64,000 bases of DNA from Octopus vulgaris. Taxonomy: Eukaryota. Each line of letters begins with the position of its first letter. The stretch's first letter is position 1. The translations under genes and the position numbers were made by a program. Shown here piece after piece: positions 11,997 through 26,937 of this stretch. The notes under the pieces were generated by a model. It had not been told where the DNA came from, ran no database searches, and saw only the letters and a program-made list of their open reading frames with translations. Location of the stretch: contig OX597827.1 of assembly GCA_951406725.2 (NCBI GenBank), forward strand, positions 72,416,001-72,480,000, given 5' to 3'.

Positions 11997-13092
11997 AAGG
12001 TTGACTGGATAGACCCCACCACCCAGGGTGTATATACTGACTTAGATAGACATGATGTGTATACAGATTATTGGCTATTTAGACACAGTGTTAAACATTG
12101 AGTAGGTGGCTCCAGTGTGTAGATGTTAAATGGAGAGACACAGTGTGTAGATACTGACTGGGAAGACGCAGTAGATAAATGTCGATTGGATTAATTGTTG
12201 ATTTCTGTATAGATATCGACTGGGTGGGCGGAACAGTGGGTATATATGTTGATTAGACAGACACAGTATGTAGATGTTAAGTAAATAGATAAACTGTGTC
12301 AACACTGGATACATGTTCATCACTGGATACATCATCATCATCATCATCATCATCATCATTTATCATCATGTATCATCATCATCATCATCATCATTTATCA
12401 TCATCATTATCATCATCATCACCACCACCACCACCACCGTCGTTGACATCATTTAACATCTGTTGTCCATGCTGGCATGGGTTGCATGGTAAGCTGAGGA
12501 GCTGCACCAGATTCCAGTCTGATTTGGCCTGATTCCTATGGCTGGATGCCATTCCCAATGCCGACCACCCCGAGAGTGTGAGGGGTGATGTTATGTGCCA
12601 CCAGCATGGATACCAGTTGCATGACACCATGACAATGGTTTCACTTGGCTTCATTGATATTCCTTCTCAAGCACAACATATTGCGAAAGGTCTCAGTCAT
12701 TTATCATTGCCTCTGTGTGGCCCAATGCTCAAAAGGCCTGATACTTGATAGGTGCATTTTATGTGCCACCGGCAGGGTTGTTAGTTCCATGACACCAGCA
12801 TCACCCACATTGCCTCTGTGAGGCCCAACAGCTGATATGTGCTTTTTACGTGTCACTAGTACGGGTTGCTAGTTCCATGACCCCAGCATGGACCACATTG
12901 CCTCTGTGAGGCCCAACACTTGAAAGGTGCTTTTTACGTAAACAAAAAACGAAAAGAGACTGATAAAGTAAGTACCATCTGATAAGGTTAGTTTGATCAA
13001 TAAACTCTTTGAGGCAGTAGTGCCCCAGCATGACCACAATCCAATGACTGAAACAAGTGAAAAGAGACACACACACACACACACATATATAT

Positions 13093-13123
<31 letters not shown>

Positions 13124-13124
<1 letters not shown>

Positions 13125-13790
13125 CATCATCATCATCATCATCATTTAGCATCCGCTTTCCATGCTAGCATGGGTTGGACGGGTCAACTGGGGTCTGTGA
13201 AGCTGGAAGGCTTCGTCAGGCCTAGTCAGATCTGGCAGTGTTTCTACAGCTGGATGCCCTTCCTAACGCCAACCACTCCGCGAGTGTAGTGGGTGTTTTT
13301 TACGTGCCACCTGCACAGGTGCCAGACAGAGCTGGCAAACGGCCACGAACGGATGGTGCTTTTACTTGTCACCGGCACGGGGCCAGGCGATGCTGGCAAC
13401 GGACACGAACGGATGGTGCTTTTACGTGCCACCGACACGGGGCCAGACAGAGCTGGCAAACGGCCAAGCAGCTGGCAAACGGCCAAGCAGCTGGCAAACG
13501 GCCACATATATATAAATACATACACACGCACACACAGTGAAGCATTATTATTTCTAGCTCTGTCTGGCACCTGTGCAGTTGGCCCGTAAAAAGCACCCAC
13601 TACACTCACGGAGTGGTTGGCATTAGGAAGGGCATCCAGCCGTAGAAACACTGCCAGATCTGACTAGGCCTGATGAAGCCTTCCAGCTTCACAGATCCCA
13701 GTTGAACCGTCCAACCCATTCTAGCATGGAAAAGGGACGCTAAACGATGATGATGATGATGACGATGATGATGACGATGATGATGATGAT
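13124..13790. mobile_element. Two RTE 3'-UTR copies in inverted orientation
   Basis: 13124-13505 (-) and 13556-13790 (+) match the 3' end of 21380-22207. Other copies lie at approximately 1715, 12440, 18880, 22300, 26090, 27920, 30020-30840, 44630, 47260, 56910 and 57780. Confidence 0.85.
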
Positions 13791-14049
13791 CTCAAAGAGA
13801 GAAATATTCAGTAACAGTACTTTAAAGTAAAAAGCTATTTGCCAACATAATGTGGCAGTCCTGGATGGGACGAATGTTACTGTTATTTAGTCTCAGGAAA
13901 TATTGTTTCCAGCTGGCTATACGACACAATATCTGTGTCCTTATATTTTCGAACAGAGGGAGCATAGCTATCCCCCAGCAGCACAAAGCAACATCTGTGG
14001 ACCGGTTTTTGGGGTTATTGTTCTTTATCAGCACAGAGTAGCTGCTCAG

Positions 14050-14410
14050 CTAGACAGCACTTTTCAAACTCCACCCGTCTAACACCCGTGGACATATTTA
14101 CAAAGTCAGAAAACAGCACAGCTCCCATGACTTCAGGAAACATTTTTTCACGCTGAGAGTTGCTGAAGCGTGGAACAAACTGCCGGCATCGGTTGTTAGT
14201 TGTCGGAGCACTGCATCCTTCAAAACTTCCATGCTTCCTGAGATTCGCCAACACTACACCTGATTTTCTCCCCTCCATACACACACAAGCATGTATCTGA
14301 CTCATACATTGTTCGCTTTCCAGACATTTGTACATTACTGCATGTACTTTATATGCACTTTCTGACAAGTTGTGGTGCACCTGAGCACTGTATACAATAA
14401 TTTCATTACT
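14050..14410 (+). mobile_element. CR1-group LINE 3' end
   Basis: 14081-14263 translates NTRGHIYKVRKQHSSHDFRKHFFTLRVAEAWNKLPASVVSCRSTASFK...*, the typical CR1 ORF2 C-terminus, followed by a short UTR. Confidence 0.85.
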
Positions 14411-15879
14411 ATATAGTTATTGAATATCACATGAACTATGATGAAAACATATGAGAAAGATATGGTGTGTAATGTTTTTTTTTTGTGAAGGGGTTCCTTG
14501 AGACATGTAATTTATTTTAAGGGTTCGCAAGGGTAAAATGGTTGAGAAACACTGCTCTAACCACTGAGCCATGCACCTTCATGAAACCAATATCATCAAC
14601 AACAACAACAACGACAGCAACATTAGCATCAATAACAAGAGAAAAGAGGAGATTAGAAAAACGAATTGTACAATTCAGTTGAATAAATGGGAAAAAATTA
14701 TGGTTTCAGTCGATGCCAGTGGGGTCGTTAGATCAAAGGCTTTTCCAGCCGTGACCATCTGGGGCTAATTTTTGTTAGATATAGGGGTTTAGGACAGCCT
14801 TGTCTAATATCAGTGATGTTGTTGTTGTTTTTGTTTGGTGTCATAATCAACGATAACGAAGGCAGCATCATCGTCATTGATGACGATGACAGTGGGTGAC
14901 AACAGCAATAATGAAAGCAAACAATGACAGCAGCATCATCAGCCTCATCGTCAGCAACAACAGCAGCATCAACAACAACAGCACCAGCTGCAGCATCAAC
15001 ATCATCGATGACAACAGCAACAACAACAACAACAAAACAATGACATCATCATCATCATCATCATCACCATCATCATCACCATCATCATCATCAACATCAT
15101 CATCATCATCATCATCATCATCACCATTACCATCATCATCATCATCATCACCATTACCATCACCATCATCATCACCATCATCATCATCATCATCACCATT
15201 ACCATCACCATCATCATCAACATCATCATCATCATCATCATCACCATCATCATCACCATCATCATCATCATCATCACCATTACCATCACCATCATCATCA
15301 CCATCATCATCATCATCATCATCACCACCACCACCACCATCATCATCATCATTATCATCATCATCATCATCAACATCCTCCCCCTCCTCCTCCTCATCAT
15401 CATCCTCATCAATGACAACAACAACTGTATAATGATAATGGTAATGACGATGATGACGATGACGATGATGATGACAACCATCATCATCATCATCAACAGC
15501 AACAACAACTTCAGCATCAATGACAGCAACTATAACAACAGCATCATCGACATCATAAAAAGAGAACCACAACAACAACAACATCATCATCAGCAACAGC
15601 AAGAAGAAGAACAGCAGCAACAGCAGCAGCAGGATCAACAGCAGCAAGAATGACAACTTCAACGACAGCAGCAGCAGCATCAACAACAATTACAACATCA
15701 TCAGCATCATCATCATCAACAATAACTACAACAACAACTACTTCAACAGCAACAGCAACATTAACAACAGCAACAATAATAACGATTTGCAATACAAGCA
15801 CAAGGCCTCAGATTGCAGAGGAAGGGGAGGAGGTGGAGGCCATCAGTTGATTTCGTGGACCTCAGTACATCACTGGTAT

Positions 15880-16095
15880 ACTCTTTTACTCTTTTACTTG
15901 TTTCAGTCATTTGACTGCGGCCATGCTGGAGCACCACCTTTAATCGAGCAACTCGACCCCGGGACTTATTCTTTTGTAAGCCCAGTACTTATTCTATCGG
16001 TCTCTTTTGCCGAACCGCTAAGTGACGGGGACATAAACACACCAGCATCGCTTGTCAAGCAATGCTAGGGGGACAAACACAGACACCCAAACATG

Positions 16096-16147
<52 letters not shown>

Positions 16148-16695
16148 TACGATGGGCTTCTTTCAGTTTCCGTCTACCAAATCCACTCACAAGGCTTTGG
16201 TCGGCCCGAGGCTACAGTAGAAGACACTTGCCCATGGTGCCATGCAGTGGGACTGAACCTGGAACCATGTGGTTGGTAAACAAGTTACTTACCACACAGC
16301 CACTCCTGCACCTATATTTGATTTATTTTATTCATTCTGGAAGGATTCAAAGCAAAGTTGACTTCGGCGGGATTTGAGCTCAGAACATAACAGGTCGTAA
16401 TTAAATCGTTTATCTTTTACTTGTTTCATTCATTTGACCGTGGCCATGATGGAGCACTGGCTCGAAGGATTTTAGTTGAACAGATTGATCCCCAGGACTT
16501 TATTATTATTATTTTTTCCTTTTTTTAAAGTGTTGTACTTATTCTATTTGTCTGTTTTGCCAAACCGCTAAGTTAAAGGGACATAAACATACCAACAACT
16601 GCTGTCAAGAAGTGACAGAGTACAAACACAGACGCAGAAACACACACATAGATATATATATACATACACACACACATATATATACACATACATAC

Positions 16696-16746
<51 letters not shown>

Positions 16747-16882
16747 CATATGTATATATATGTATATATATATATATATACATATGTATATATACATAGA
16801 TATATATCTATATATATATAAATATTTACATATATATTTATATATACATATATACATATATGTATATATATATATAGATACA

Positions 16883-16930
<48 letters not shown>

Positions 16931-17126
16931 CACACACAAATTCATGAAGTATTCCATATTTTTTAGACACAGGAGTAGCTGTGTGGTAAGTAGCTTGCTT
17001 ACCAGCCACATGGTTCTGGGTTCAGTCCCACTGTGTGGCACTTTGGGCAAGTGTCTTCTACTATAGCCTCAGGCCAACCAAAACCTTGTGAGTGGATGTG
17101 GTTTATGGAAACTGAAAGAAGCCCGT

Positions 17127-17167
<41 letters not shown>

Positions 17168-17396
17168 TTATGTGAGTGTATATGTTTGTGTGTGTGTGTG
17201 TATATGTTTGTGTGTGTGTGTGTGTGTGTGTGGTTGCATGGTAAGAAGCTTGCTTCCCAACCACATGTTCCAGGTTCAGTTCCACTGCATGGCACCGTGG
17301 ACAGGTGTCTTCTACTATAGCCTCAGGCAGACTACAGCCTTGTGAGTGGATGTGACAGACGGAAACTGAAAGAAGCCCATTGTATATACATATATG

Positions 17397-17464
<68 letters not shown>

Positions 17465-17484
17465 CATGTATATATGTATGCATG

Positions 17485-17550
<66 letters not shown>

Positions 17551-17789
17551 TGTATATATGTATACATATATATATTTTCCTTTTTACTCTTTCTTTTCTT
17601 TGTATCAGTCATTTGACTGCAACCATGCTGGAGCACCACCATTAGTCGAGCAAATTGACCCCATGACTTATACTTTGTAAGCCTTGTACTTATTCTATCG
17701 GTCTCTTTTGCCAGACTGCTAAGTTACGGGAATGTAAACACCCCAGCATCAGTCGTCAGGTGATGTTGGCGGGGACAAACACACACACA

Positions 17790-17828
<39 letters not shown>

Positions 17829-17998
17829 ACACACACACAAACATATACACACACATACATCAACCAAATCCACTCACATGGCTTAGCTCAGCCCGAGGCT
17901 ATAGTAGAAGACACTTGCCCAAAGTGCCACGCAGAGGGACTGAACCCGGAACCATGCGGTTGGTAAGCAAGCTTCTTACCACACAGCCATGCCTGTGC
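15880..17998. mobile_element. Cluster of SINE family A copies and fragments on both strands, with (TA)n expansions
   Basis: 15880-16312 (-), 16410-16640 (-), 16966-17130 (+), 17230-17385 (+), 17580-17998 (-). Confidence 0.85.
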
Positions 17999-18082
17999 CC
18001 TACCACAAGGCATTTCATTCCACACACGATGACAACAACAACAACAACGCTGGTGACAGTGAATATAGTATAGACGGTATAC

Positions 18083-18091
18083 CTCGGTCAT
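18083..18091 (-). CDS. Candidate alternative start exon end (ATG ACC GAG = MTE), preceded by a probable 5' UTR to about 18272
   Basis: GCAATGACCGAG|gtatac gives a phase-0 donor in unique sequence with an in-frame upstream stop. The donor is of moderate strength only. Confidence 0.25.
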
Positions 18092-18477
18092 TGCTCCACT
18101 GCACTTGGGTCCCACAGTGAACTATGTAAATCCAGGGTATCCCATCAGCACTGCGTGTGTACTACAGCATGGACTAGTCAATCTACAGGACTCTTTGTTG
18201 TGGCTGCTGCCGTTGCTGCAGTTGCTGCTGTTGCTGCTGCCGCCGCCGCTGCTGCTGCTGTTGTTGTTGTGGCTGAATCAAAGTGGGGGAGGTGTTATGA
18301 TGTGATGGAGAGGCCACTATGTGGCTGGCCTGCCAGTTGGCTGGTTGGCTGGTGAGGTTGGCGGGCTGGCTGGCTGGCTGGCTGGCTGGTTGGTGCTTTA
18401 ACACACTGACAGCATTATGGAAGTCTTATCTGACTATATTAACCTCAGTACAATGATATATGTATTGCAGGGATAGC

Positions 18478-18593
<116 letters not shown>

Positions 18594-18646
18594 GGTATGT
18601 GTGTGTGTCTCTTTCTCTCTCTCTCTTTATATATATATATAGATAG

Positions 18647-18713
<67 letters not shown>

Positions 18714-18992
18714 ATATATATATATATATATATGCATGTACATATATGTGTATGTATAAGTGTGTGTATTTGTGTGTGTGCATGTGCGCATGCATATATA
18801 TGTGTGTGTATGTGTATATATATACACACACATGTATATAAATGTATGTGTGACATGTCCCACACACACATACATACATCATCATCATCATCATCATCAT
18901 CATTTAGCGTCCGCTTTCCATGCTAGCATGGGTTGGATGGTTCAACTGGGGTCTGTGAAGCCAGAAGGCTGCATCAGGCCCAGTCTGATATG

Positions 18993-19031
<39 letters not shown>

Positions 19032-19428
19032 CGTGCACACATACATACATATGTACATACATACATACATACATGCATACATACATAAATCCATCCATCC
19101 ATACATACTTACATACATACACGGTCTAACGGAATGGCATGTGAATACCATGGCTGGCTATTGTCACGTGTATGTACGTATGTATTTATGTATGTATATA
19201 TGTTTGTATGTACAGTTACATGTGTGGATGTGTATGTATCGTTATATGAATGTGTGTATGTGTATATACCTTCACATGTTAGAATGCATCTGGTGTGACC
19301 GTCTGCATACACGTATATGCTTATGTATATCCTTACACAAGAATATGTACAGAGAATACCTGGTGTCTTATACAAACACTTTTATAGACATCTTTACAGA
19401 AGAGCATGTGTATAGCATGAACAGGTGT

Positions 19429-19471
<43 letters not shown>

Positions 19472-19619
19472 GCTAGCTAGCTAGATAGATAGGTAGATAG
19501 GTAAGTATAGATATAGACACAAATTTATCAATATGTGCATGTGTGTGTATATATATCATCATCATCATCATCAACATCGTTTAACGTCCGCTTTCCATGC
19601 TAGCATGGGTTGGACGGTA

Positions 19620-19658
<39 letters not shown>

Positions 19659-19842
19659 GATATATATGTATATATATGTGTGTGTGTGTATATATATGCC
19701 TATATATATATATATATACATATGCATATATATATATACACACACACATATATATATATATGCATATATATACACACACACACATATATATATGCATATA
19801 TATACACACACACATATATATATGCATATATATATATGTATA

Positions 19843-19873
<31 letters not shown>

Positions 19874-19920
19874 TATATATATATAGATATGCATATCTAT
19901 TTATCTATCTATCTATATAT

Positions 19921-19982
<62 letters not shown>

Positions 19983-21080
19983 TTATATATATATATATTG
20001 GATATGATATTCTTCTCTCATTTTTTGTCTCCCAAATTGGTGCATGGTCTGGAGCAATACCAGAAGACTGCTGAAGGGGCCACAGAGTGGGCCTAAAGCT
20101 GAAATCACATGGTTTTTGCAAGTGTAAAAAGACAAAATCTTCAGAACTCGACCAAGCTTTCAATTCATTACATAAATATTTGCTTCCCATAAACCCACGA
20201 TATTTGAAGCATGAAAAACTATTCACAATAGTTGATTGAAAGTGAGGCGAGTAATCTGAGCGGGATTTGGCTGCTATTTTTAGCTAGTCGAGCGATCGTG
20301 TAGAGGTTACGGGTAAAGAGGAAATGTTTAGAGAGATAAAACAACAAGATGCTGCTGTTGGGACCGAAAGAAGAACAAAGTGGCTTTTCACTCCGAGCAG
20401 ATACAAACGAGCAGTTGTCCTTTCTTGCAGCAGGGGATGAGGAGGTGGTTGGGTGGTTGGGTGGCGGTGAGGGAGAGAGGGAGGAGTTGCGGGTGCGGGT
20501 GGGTGGGTGGGGGTGGGGGTGATGGTGATGAGGCAACCAAAGAAGCAGAAGTGATCTGTCTCTCCTCTCCACTCCGACTCTATAAAAGCCTTGAGAGACT
20601 ACCGCTACCTTTGCCCACCACAACTCTCAACAATGACCACCACAACAACCACCACCACAACAACCGCAACCACTACCACCACCACCACCACCACCACCAC
20701 CACCACCACCACCACTATTGCTGCTGCTGCCACTACCGCAACCCCCCCTACCACTACTACAATTGCTGCTGCTGCTACTGCTGCTGCTGTTACTGCTACT
20801 ACTACTACTACTACTACTACTGCTACTACTACCAGTACTACTACTAATACTGCAACTGCTGCTGGTGCCATCAATGCCGTTACCACAACCACCACCACCA
20901 CCACTACCACCGCCACCCCCATCCCCATCTCCCCCCACCTGCGCCACCACAGTTTGATAAGATGTTTACATATTTACTAATTCTTACAAGGAAAAGATTG
21001 AAAGTAAATTTGAGGCTTCAGCTTACCAACAAAGTGTTTTTTTCCTATTATAACAACTTTACATAAAAGCAAACTTTAAT

Positions 21081-21137
<57 letters not shown>

Positions 21138-21342
21138 ATTTCAACAATTGAGGGTAAAATTAATTAATTATTAATCAATTTCACCAAGTGTTCAGTATGC
21201 AAAGGGACCATTTAAGGCGAATTCAAATTATTACATTATATAAAAGGGCTTAGTAAAATAAATTACTTTGCCGCATACTGAACTCATTAGAAATAGCAGC
21301 TAAAAAACTTTTTTAAAACTATTTCTAATACTTAAAGAAAAC

Positions 21343-21379
<37 letters not shown>

Positions 21380-21383
<4 letters not shown>

Positions 21384-22204
21384 TCCGATGGATGTGTAAC
21401 GTCAGTGTACATACTCGACAGAGCGTTAGTACCTTGAGAGAAATGTTGTACCTAAGAAGCATCAGTTGTGGTGTGCAAGAGAGACGATTGCGCTGGTATG
21501 GTCATGTGGCGAGAATGGATGAAGATAGGTGTGTGAGAAAGTGCCAATCCCTAGCAGTTGAGGGAACCTGTGGAAGAGGTAGACCCAGGAAAACCTGGGA
21601 CGAGGTGGTGAAGCACGACCTTCGAACTTTAGGCCTCACTGAGGAAATGACCAGTGACCGAGACCTTTGGAAATATGCTGTACGTGAGAAGACCAGGCAG
21701 GACAAGTGAGCCCAGCCCACTTATGCATGCCTTTCCTCCCTTGGACAAAAAGACCTGTTGAGGCAAGCGAAGTCGATATAGAACCTCATCCGACGACAGG
21801 CACCCATGCCAACCCCCTTTGCTTGCGAAGACATGTTGGGGCAAGCGAAATCGAAATCGAATTGAACCAGCCAGGATCCCTGGTCTGGTGGTACGTAAAA
21901 AGCACTATCCGACTCGTGGCCGATGCTAGCGCCGCCTCGACTGGCTTCCGTGCCGGTGGCACGTAAAATACACCGATCCGACCGTGGCCATTGCCAGCCT
22001 CGCCTGGCACCTGTGCAGGTGGCATGTAAAAAGCACCCACTACACTCACGGAGTGGTTGGCATTAGGAAGGGCATCCAACTGTAGAAACATTGCCAGATA
22101 AGACTGGAGCCTGGTGCAGCCTTCTGGCTTCCCAGAACCCCGGTCGAACCGTCCAACCCATGCTAGCATGGAGAACGGACGTTAAACAATGATGATGATG
22201 ATGA

Positions 22205-22207
<3 letters not shown>
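21380..22207 (+). mobile_element. 5'-truncated RTE-clade LINE (ORF C-terminus, 3' UTR and (GAT)n tail)
   Basis: Peptide MLRWMC...RRLRWYGHVARM...GRGRPRKTW...DRDLW is the typical RTE C-terminus. The element ends ccaacccatgctagcatgg...gttaaac(gat)n. Confidence 0.9.
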
Positions 22208-22296
<89 letters not shown>

Positions 22297-23094
22297 CTGG
22301 CCCCCTTGCCGGTGGCACGTAAAATCACCCACTACACTCTCGGAGTGGTTGGCATTAGGAAGGGCATCCAGCTGTAGAAACTCTGCCAGATCACGACTGG
22401 AGCTTGGTGCAGCTATCTGGTTCGCCAGCCCACAGTCAAACCGTCCAACCCATGCTAGCATGGAAAGCGGATGTTAAACAATGATGATGACGATGATGAT
22501 GATGATGATGATATGTAAAGAATTATCCAAAATTCTGCCTGGTTTCTTTTTTCTTAAGTATGTATGTATGCATGTATGTGTGTCTGTATGTGTGTATGTA
22601 TGTATGTATGTGTATGTATGTATGTGTGTATGTATGTGTGTATGTATGTATGTATGTGTGTGTATGTATGTATGTATGTATGTATGTATGTATACATGTA
22701 TGTATGAATGTATGTAGTTATGTATGTATGTGTGTATGCATGTGTGTATGTATGTGTGTATGTATATATGTGTGTATGTATGTGTGTGTGTGTATGTATG
22801 TATGTGCGTGTATATGTATGTATGAATGTATGTAGTTATGTATGTATGTATGTGTGTATGTATGTATGTATGTGTGTATGTATATATGTGTGTATATGTA
22901 TGTATATCATCAAACAATTGTAAAGCATCATTGAGAAACTGAATAAATTGGTGATTTCAAACAAAAAAGCCCTTGTCATGTTTGTTTTGCTTGACTAGCA
23001 CAGAAGCTCCCTTGTTGTTCTTGCTAATCAAATATGCAGCAAACCAGTTTTTGACCCATTGTAATCAATGATGCAGTTTGTCCTTCACAAAATG

Positions 23095-23140
<46 letters not shown>

Positions 23141-23268
23141 CAAACACTATATGAGAGAGATTTTCTTTAAGTATTAGAAATAGCTTTAAAAAAGTTTTTT
23201 AGCTGCTATTTCTAATGAGTTCAGTATGCGGCAAAGTAATTTATTTTACTAAGCCCTTTTATATAATA

Positions 23269-23334
<66 letters not shown>

Positions 23335-23467
23335 GCAAAATTTAGATTCAAATGAATGTGGTACTTAAATTAGATGCACCAGAATTTTGAATTTTGTACG
23401 GTGTTATCCATATAAATCCGTGGGGTGATTATAATCAAAATAAGCAACAAGAATATCCTCGGTAATT

Positions 23468-23551
23468 TGGTACGATCATTTCATGCTACATCATTTTATT
23501 AAACATTGTAAGTATTACAACAGTTTTAAAATGTTGAGCAATCATCAGCCA
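23468..23551 (-). ncRNA. Hammerhead-like motif with long stem II loop
   Basis: Minus strand TGG CTGATGA tTGCT [49 nt] AGCAt GAAA TGATCG TA CCA, with near-palindromic stem III. Confidence 0.55.
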
Positions 23552-23744
23552 TTCATAGAGGTTTTCCATCAATACATATACTTATTTTCATGCTAATTGA
23601 TAACATTATAAAAAGGGTAGATATATAGACGGAGAGGTTGATTTGAATGTTAAGAACATTAAGAATGTTAAGAGCATATATATATATATATATATGAAAA
23701 TTATTTGGGAATGAATGTGTTAATGGAAGATCAGTCAAAGGGCA

Positions 23745-24072
23745 ATGAAGTTGGCAATTACTGACCCATTGCTTGTCTTAACCTTCTATGGAAAGTTTTA
23801 ATAGGTACCCTCGCAGGGAAAATATGTATGTTTCTTGCAGAAAACAATCTACTGCCAGTAGAACAAAAGGGATATTGAGAAGGATCCAAGGGCACCAAGG
23901 ATCACCTTACAATAGACAAGGTTATAATGAAGAACTGCAAACAGTACCCAAAAAACTTATGCATGGTATGGATAGACTTCAAAAAGGCCTATGACATGTT
24001 GCCATATTCGTGGATTTTGGAAACACTCAACATGTGTGGAATAGTTGAGAACATGTGTATACTGATGAAGAA
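23745..24072 (+). mobile_element. R4/Dong-type LINE reverse-transcriptase fragment
   Basis: NNLLPVEQKG...GTKD and [26 protein letters not shown] motifs, frameshifted. Confidence 0.75.
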
Positions 24073-24156
24073 CATACATACATACATACATGCATACATA
24101 CATGCATACATATACATATATACATACATACATACATACATATACATATATACATA

Positions 24157-24574
<418 letters not shown>

Positions 24575-24787
24575 ATACTTGTTTCAGTCATTTTGACTGC
24601 AGCCATGCTGTATATATGAGCACCGCCTTTAATCGAGCAACTTGACCCCGGGACTTATTCTTTGTGAGCCCGAGTACTTATTCTATCGGTCTCTTTTGCC
24701 GAACCGCTAAGTGTATGTATGTATGTATGTATGTATATATATATATATATATATATATGCTTCAATAAAGTGGAGATAATAACTTAC

Positions 24788-24865
24788 TTCAATTGTGTTG
24801 TGAATGAAGTCTTGGAATGTTTGCTTGGCACGGCAAAACACAAACGTGGCACAGTTCATAGCATC
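24788..24865 (-). CDS. Candidate upstream HECTD2 exon (DAMNCATFVFCRAKQTFQDFIHNTIE)
   Basis: Strong acceptor ttttttttaaatgatcttcag| and donor GAA|gtaagt. 78 nt with only phase 0 open, an ATG at 24859-24857, and compatible with the phase-0 start of exon 11074. No homology recognised. Confidence 0.5.
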
Positions 24866-26053
24866 CTGAAGATCATTTAAAAAAAAAGACTGAAGTAATG
24901 ATTTCTGGGAATTGAAAAGGGATTCACTATGGCTTGAACAAGGAGAATGAAAGCCTGCAGTAGAGAGGAAGCGAGTGCACTTTGATGTTTAGATAGTTAA
25001 ATGCTTCATCGAACTTCTGATAGTCTTACATATCGATTATATGTCTGCTCTAGTGCATGAGCATGTGAATGTGTGCGAAGACGCTAGCTTATCATTGTCG
25101 TGGTTTACTTCCTCTTTCCATGCTGGCATGGGTTGGACAGATCTGTTTCTTTACTACTACCCACAAGGGGCTAAATGCAGAGGAGACAAACAAGGACAGA
25201 CAAACGGATTAAGTCGATTACATCGACCCCAGTGCGTAACTGGTAATTAATTTGTCGACCCCGAAAGGATGAAAGGCAAAGTCGACCTCGGCGGAATTTG
25301 AACTCAGAGCATAGTGGGTTGGACAGATCATCACATCTCATGCTCCACTTCTCATTTTACTATTTTGTGTTATTGCTCTCCTTGATGGGTCGCATAAATT
25401 TTGGCTGGATGCTTTTCCTAATGCTAAATATTTTGCTGCATGTACCATGTGCATTTTAGTATGTAGTTGTTATATCTTTGGCACAACCTAAGGGCCCTTC
25501 ATTATCTCCCTTCATTTGCTAAGTACTTCACATAGTATATCAAGTATTTTTTGGTATATTTTATCATGGCACCAACATTAGTGTGGTTGCCTTGTCATCA
25601 ACATGACTGAACAGTACTTCTCTCTGCTATGTTGCCTTCATTCTGTCAAAGCAAATGTCAGGGAGAGTGTAAGCAGAAGAGAAGTGATGGCCAGTAGAGT
25701 GAAAAGAAATAGTTTGAGTTTGATGGGAGGAAATAGGGAAGCGAGTTAAGTATCTCAGTGTGAGTGCAATGGGGAGAACAGTGATAGGATAATGGGGGTG
25801 GGGAATGAAGACAGTGATGGCCACATGTAGATTGGCAGTTGGAAGTTGAATACATATATATATATATATTTTTCTTTTTGCTGTAGTTTCAGCTCATAGC
25901 TGCGGCCAATCTGATGCACCGCCAATTTGCCACACTGTTATTACTGAGAGCCTCCTCCAATATGTGGCACTTGGTGAAAAATGGAATTTGATATAGCTAC
26001 CCTCATTTTCACCTCTTGCTGTGAGGTAGGTTCATCTGGGACTCTCGACAGGA

Positions 26054-26095
<42 letters not shown>

Positions 26096-26808
26096 CTGTG
26101 TCGGTGGCACATAAAAAACACCATCCGAGCGTCGCCGTTTGCCAGCCTCGTCTGGCACCTGTGTCGGTGGCACATAAAATCACCCACTACACCTCTCGGA
26201 GTGGTTGGCGTTAGGAAGGGCATCCAGCTGTAGAAACACTGCCAGATCTGACTGGCCTGGTGCAGCCTTCGGGCTCCCCAGACCCCAGTTGAACCGTCCA
26301 ACCCATGCTAGCATGGAAAGCGGACGCTAAACGATGATGATGATGATGATGATATATAAAAGAATACAATAAATGGGACAAGAATGCGACAGGTGACAAC
26401 AAAACACCCAGACAGTTGGATAATTCTAAAAAGGGACATGAAAAACCAAGGACAGGTCATTCGGAGTTTTCTTTTGTCAGCTGAGTTCCAGAAATTTAAG
26501 TCATAATGTAGGGATTCAAATAACCTGATAGTAGTCATAAAAAATCTCCTTTATGTATCATTCTACAACAGATATAATATATACAGCATGATACAAAAGA
26601 AAATGATGCAGAGTGTATAAAGTTATAAATGACAGAGAAATAATTTGATATATTTGATGTATAAATATATATATATAAAATACAAATAAGAAAATGGAGA
26701 AGCAATTTAGTTTGTTCATCAACTTTTGGATATTAGAATGTTGAATTAATAAATACTATCCCTTAGTGGGTTGCACCATATCCCTAACTTACTTTGTGTG
26801 TGTATATG

Positions 26809-26840
<32 letters not shown>

Positions 26841-26878
26841 TTCAGCATGGTGGTATATCAAAGATACCCTAATTTATA

Positions 26879-26937
<59 letters not shown>

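Noticed and set aside
13665-13700. CTGATGA-AGC...GCT hammerhead-like start
   Set aside because: No GAAA or stem III follows, and it is part of an RTE tail variant.
15787-16377. Recurrent ORFs such as [13 protein letters not shown]..., FQSFDCGHAGAPP... and MFLQLDALPNANHS...
   Set aside because: These are chance translations of SINE A and RTE 3' UTR copies recurring throughout the window.
20581-20588. TATAAAAG as a promoter
   Set aside because: It is an isolated motif on the strand opposite the identified genes, with no supporting downstream exon.
25995-26050. Minus-strand CAGATGA-ACCT...AGGT-GAAA motif
   Set aside because: The core is altered and there is no convincing stem III, NUH site or stem I.
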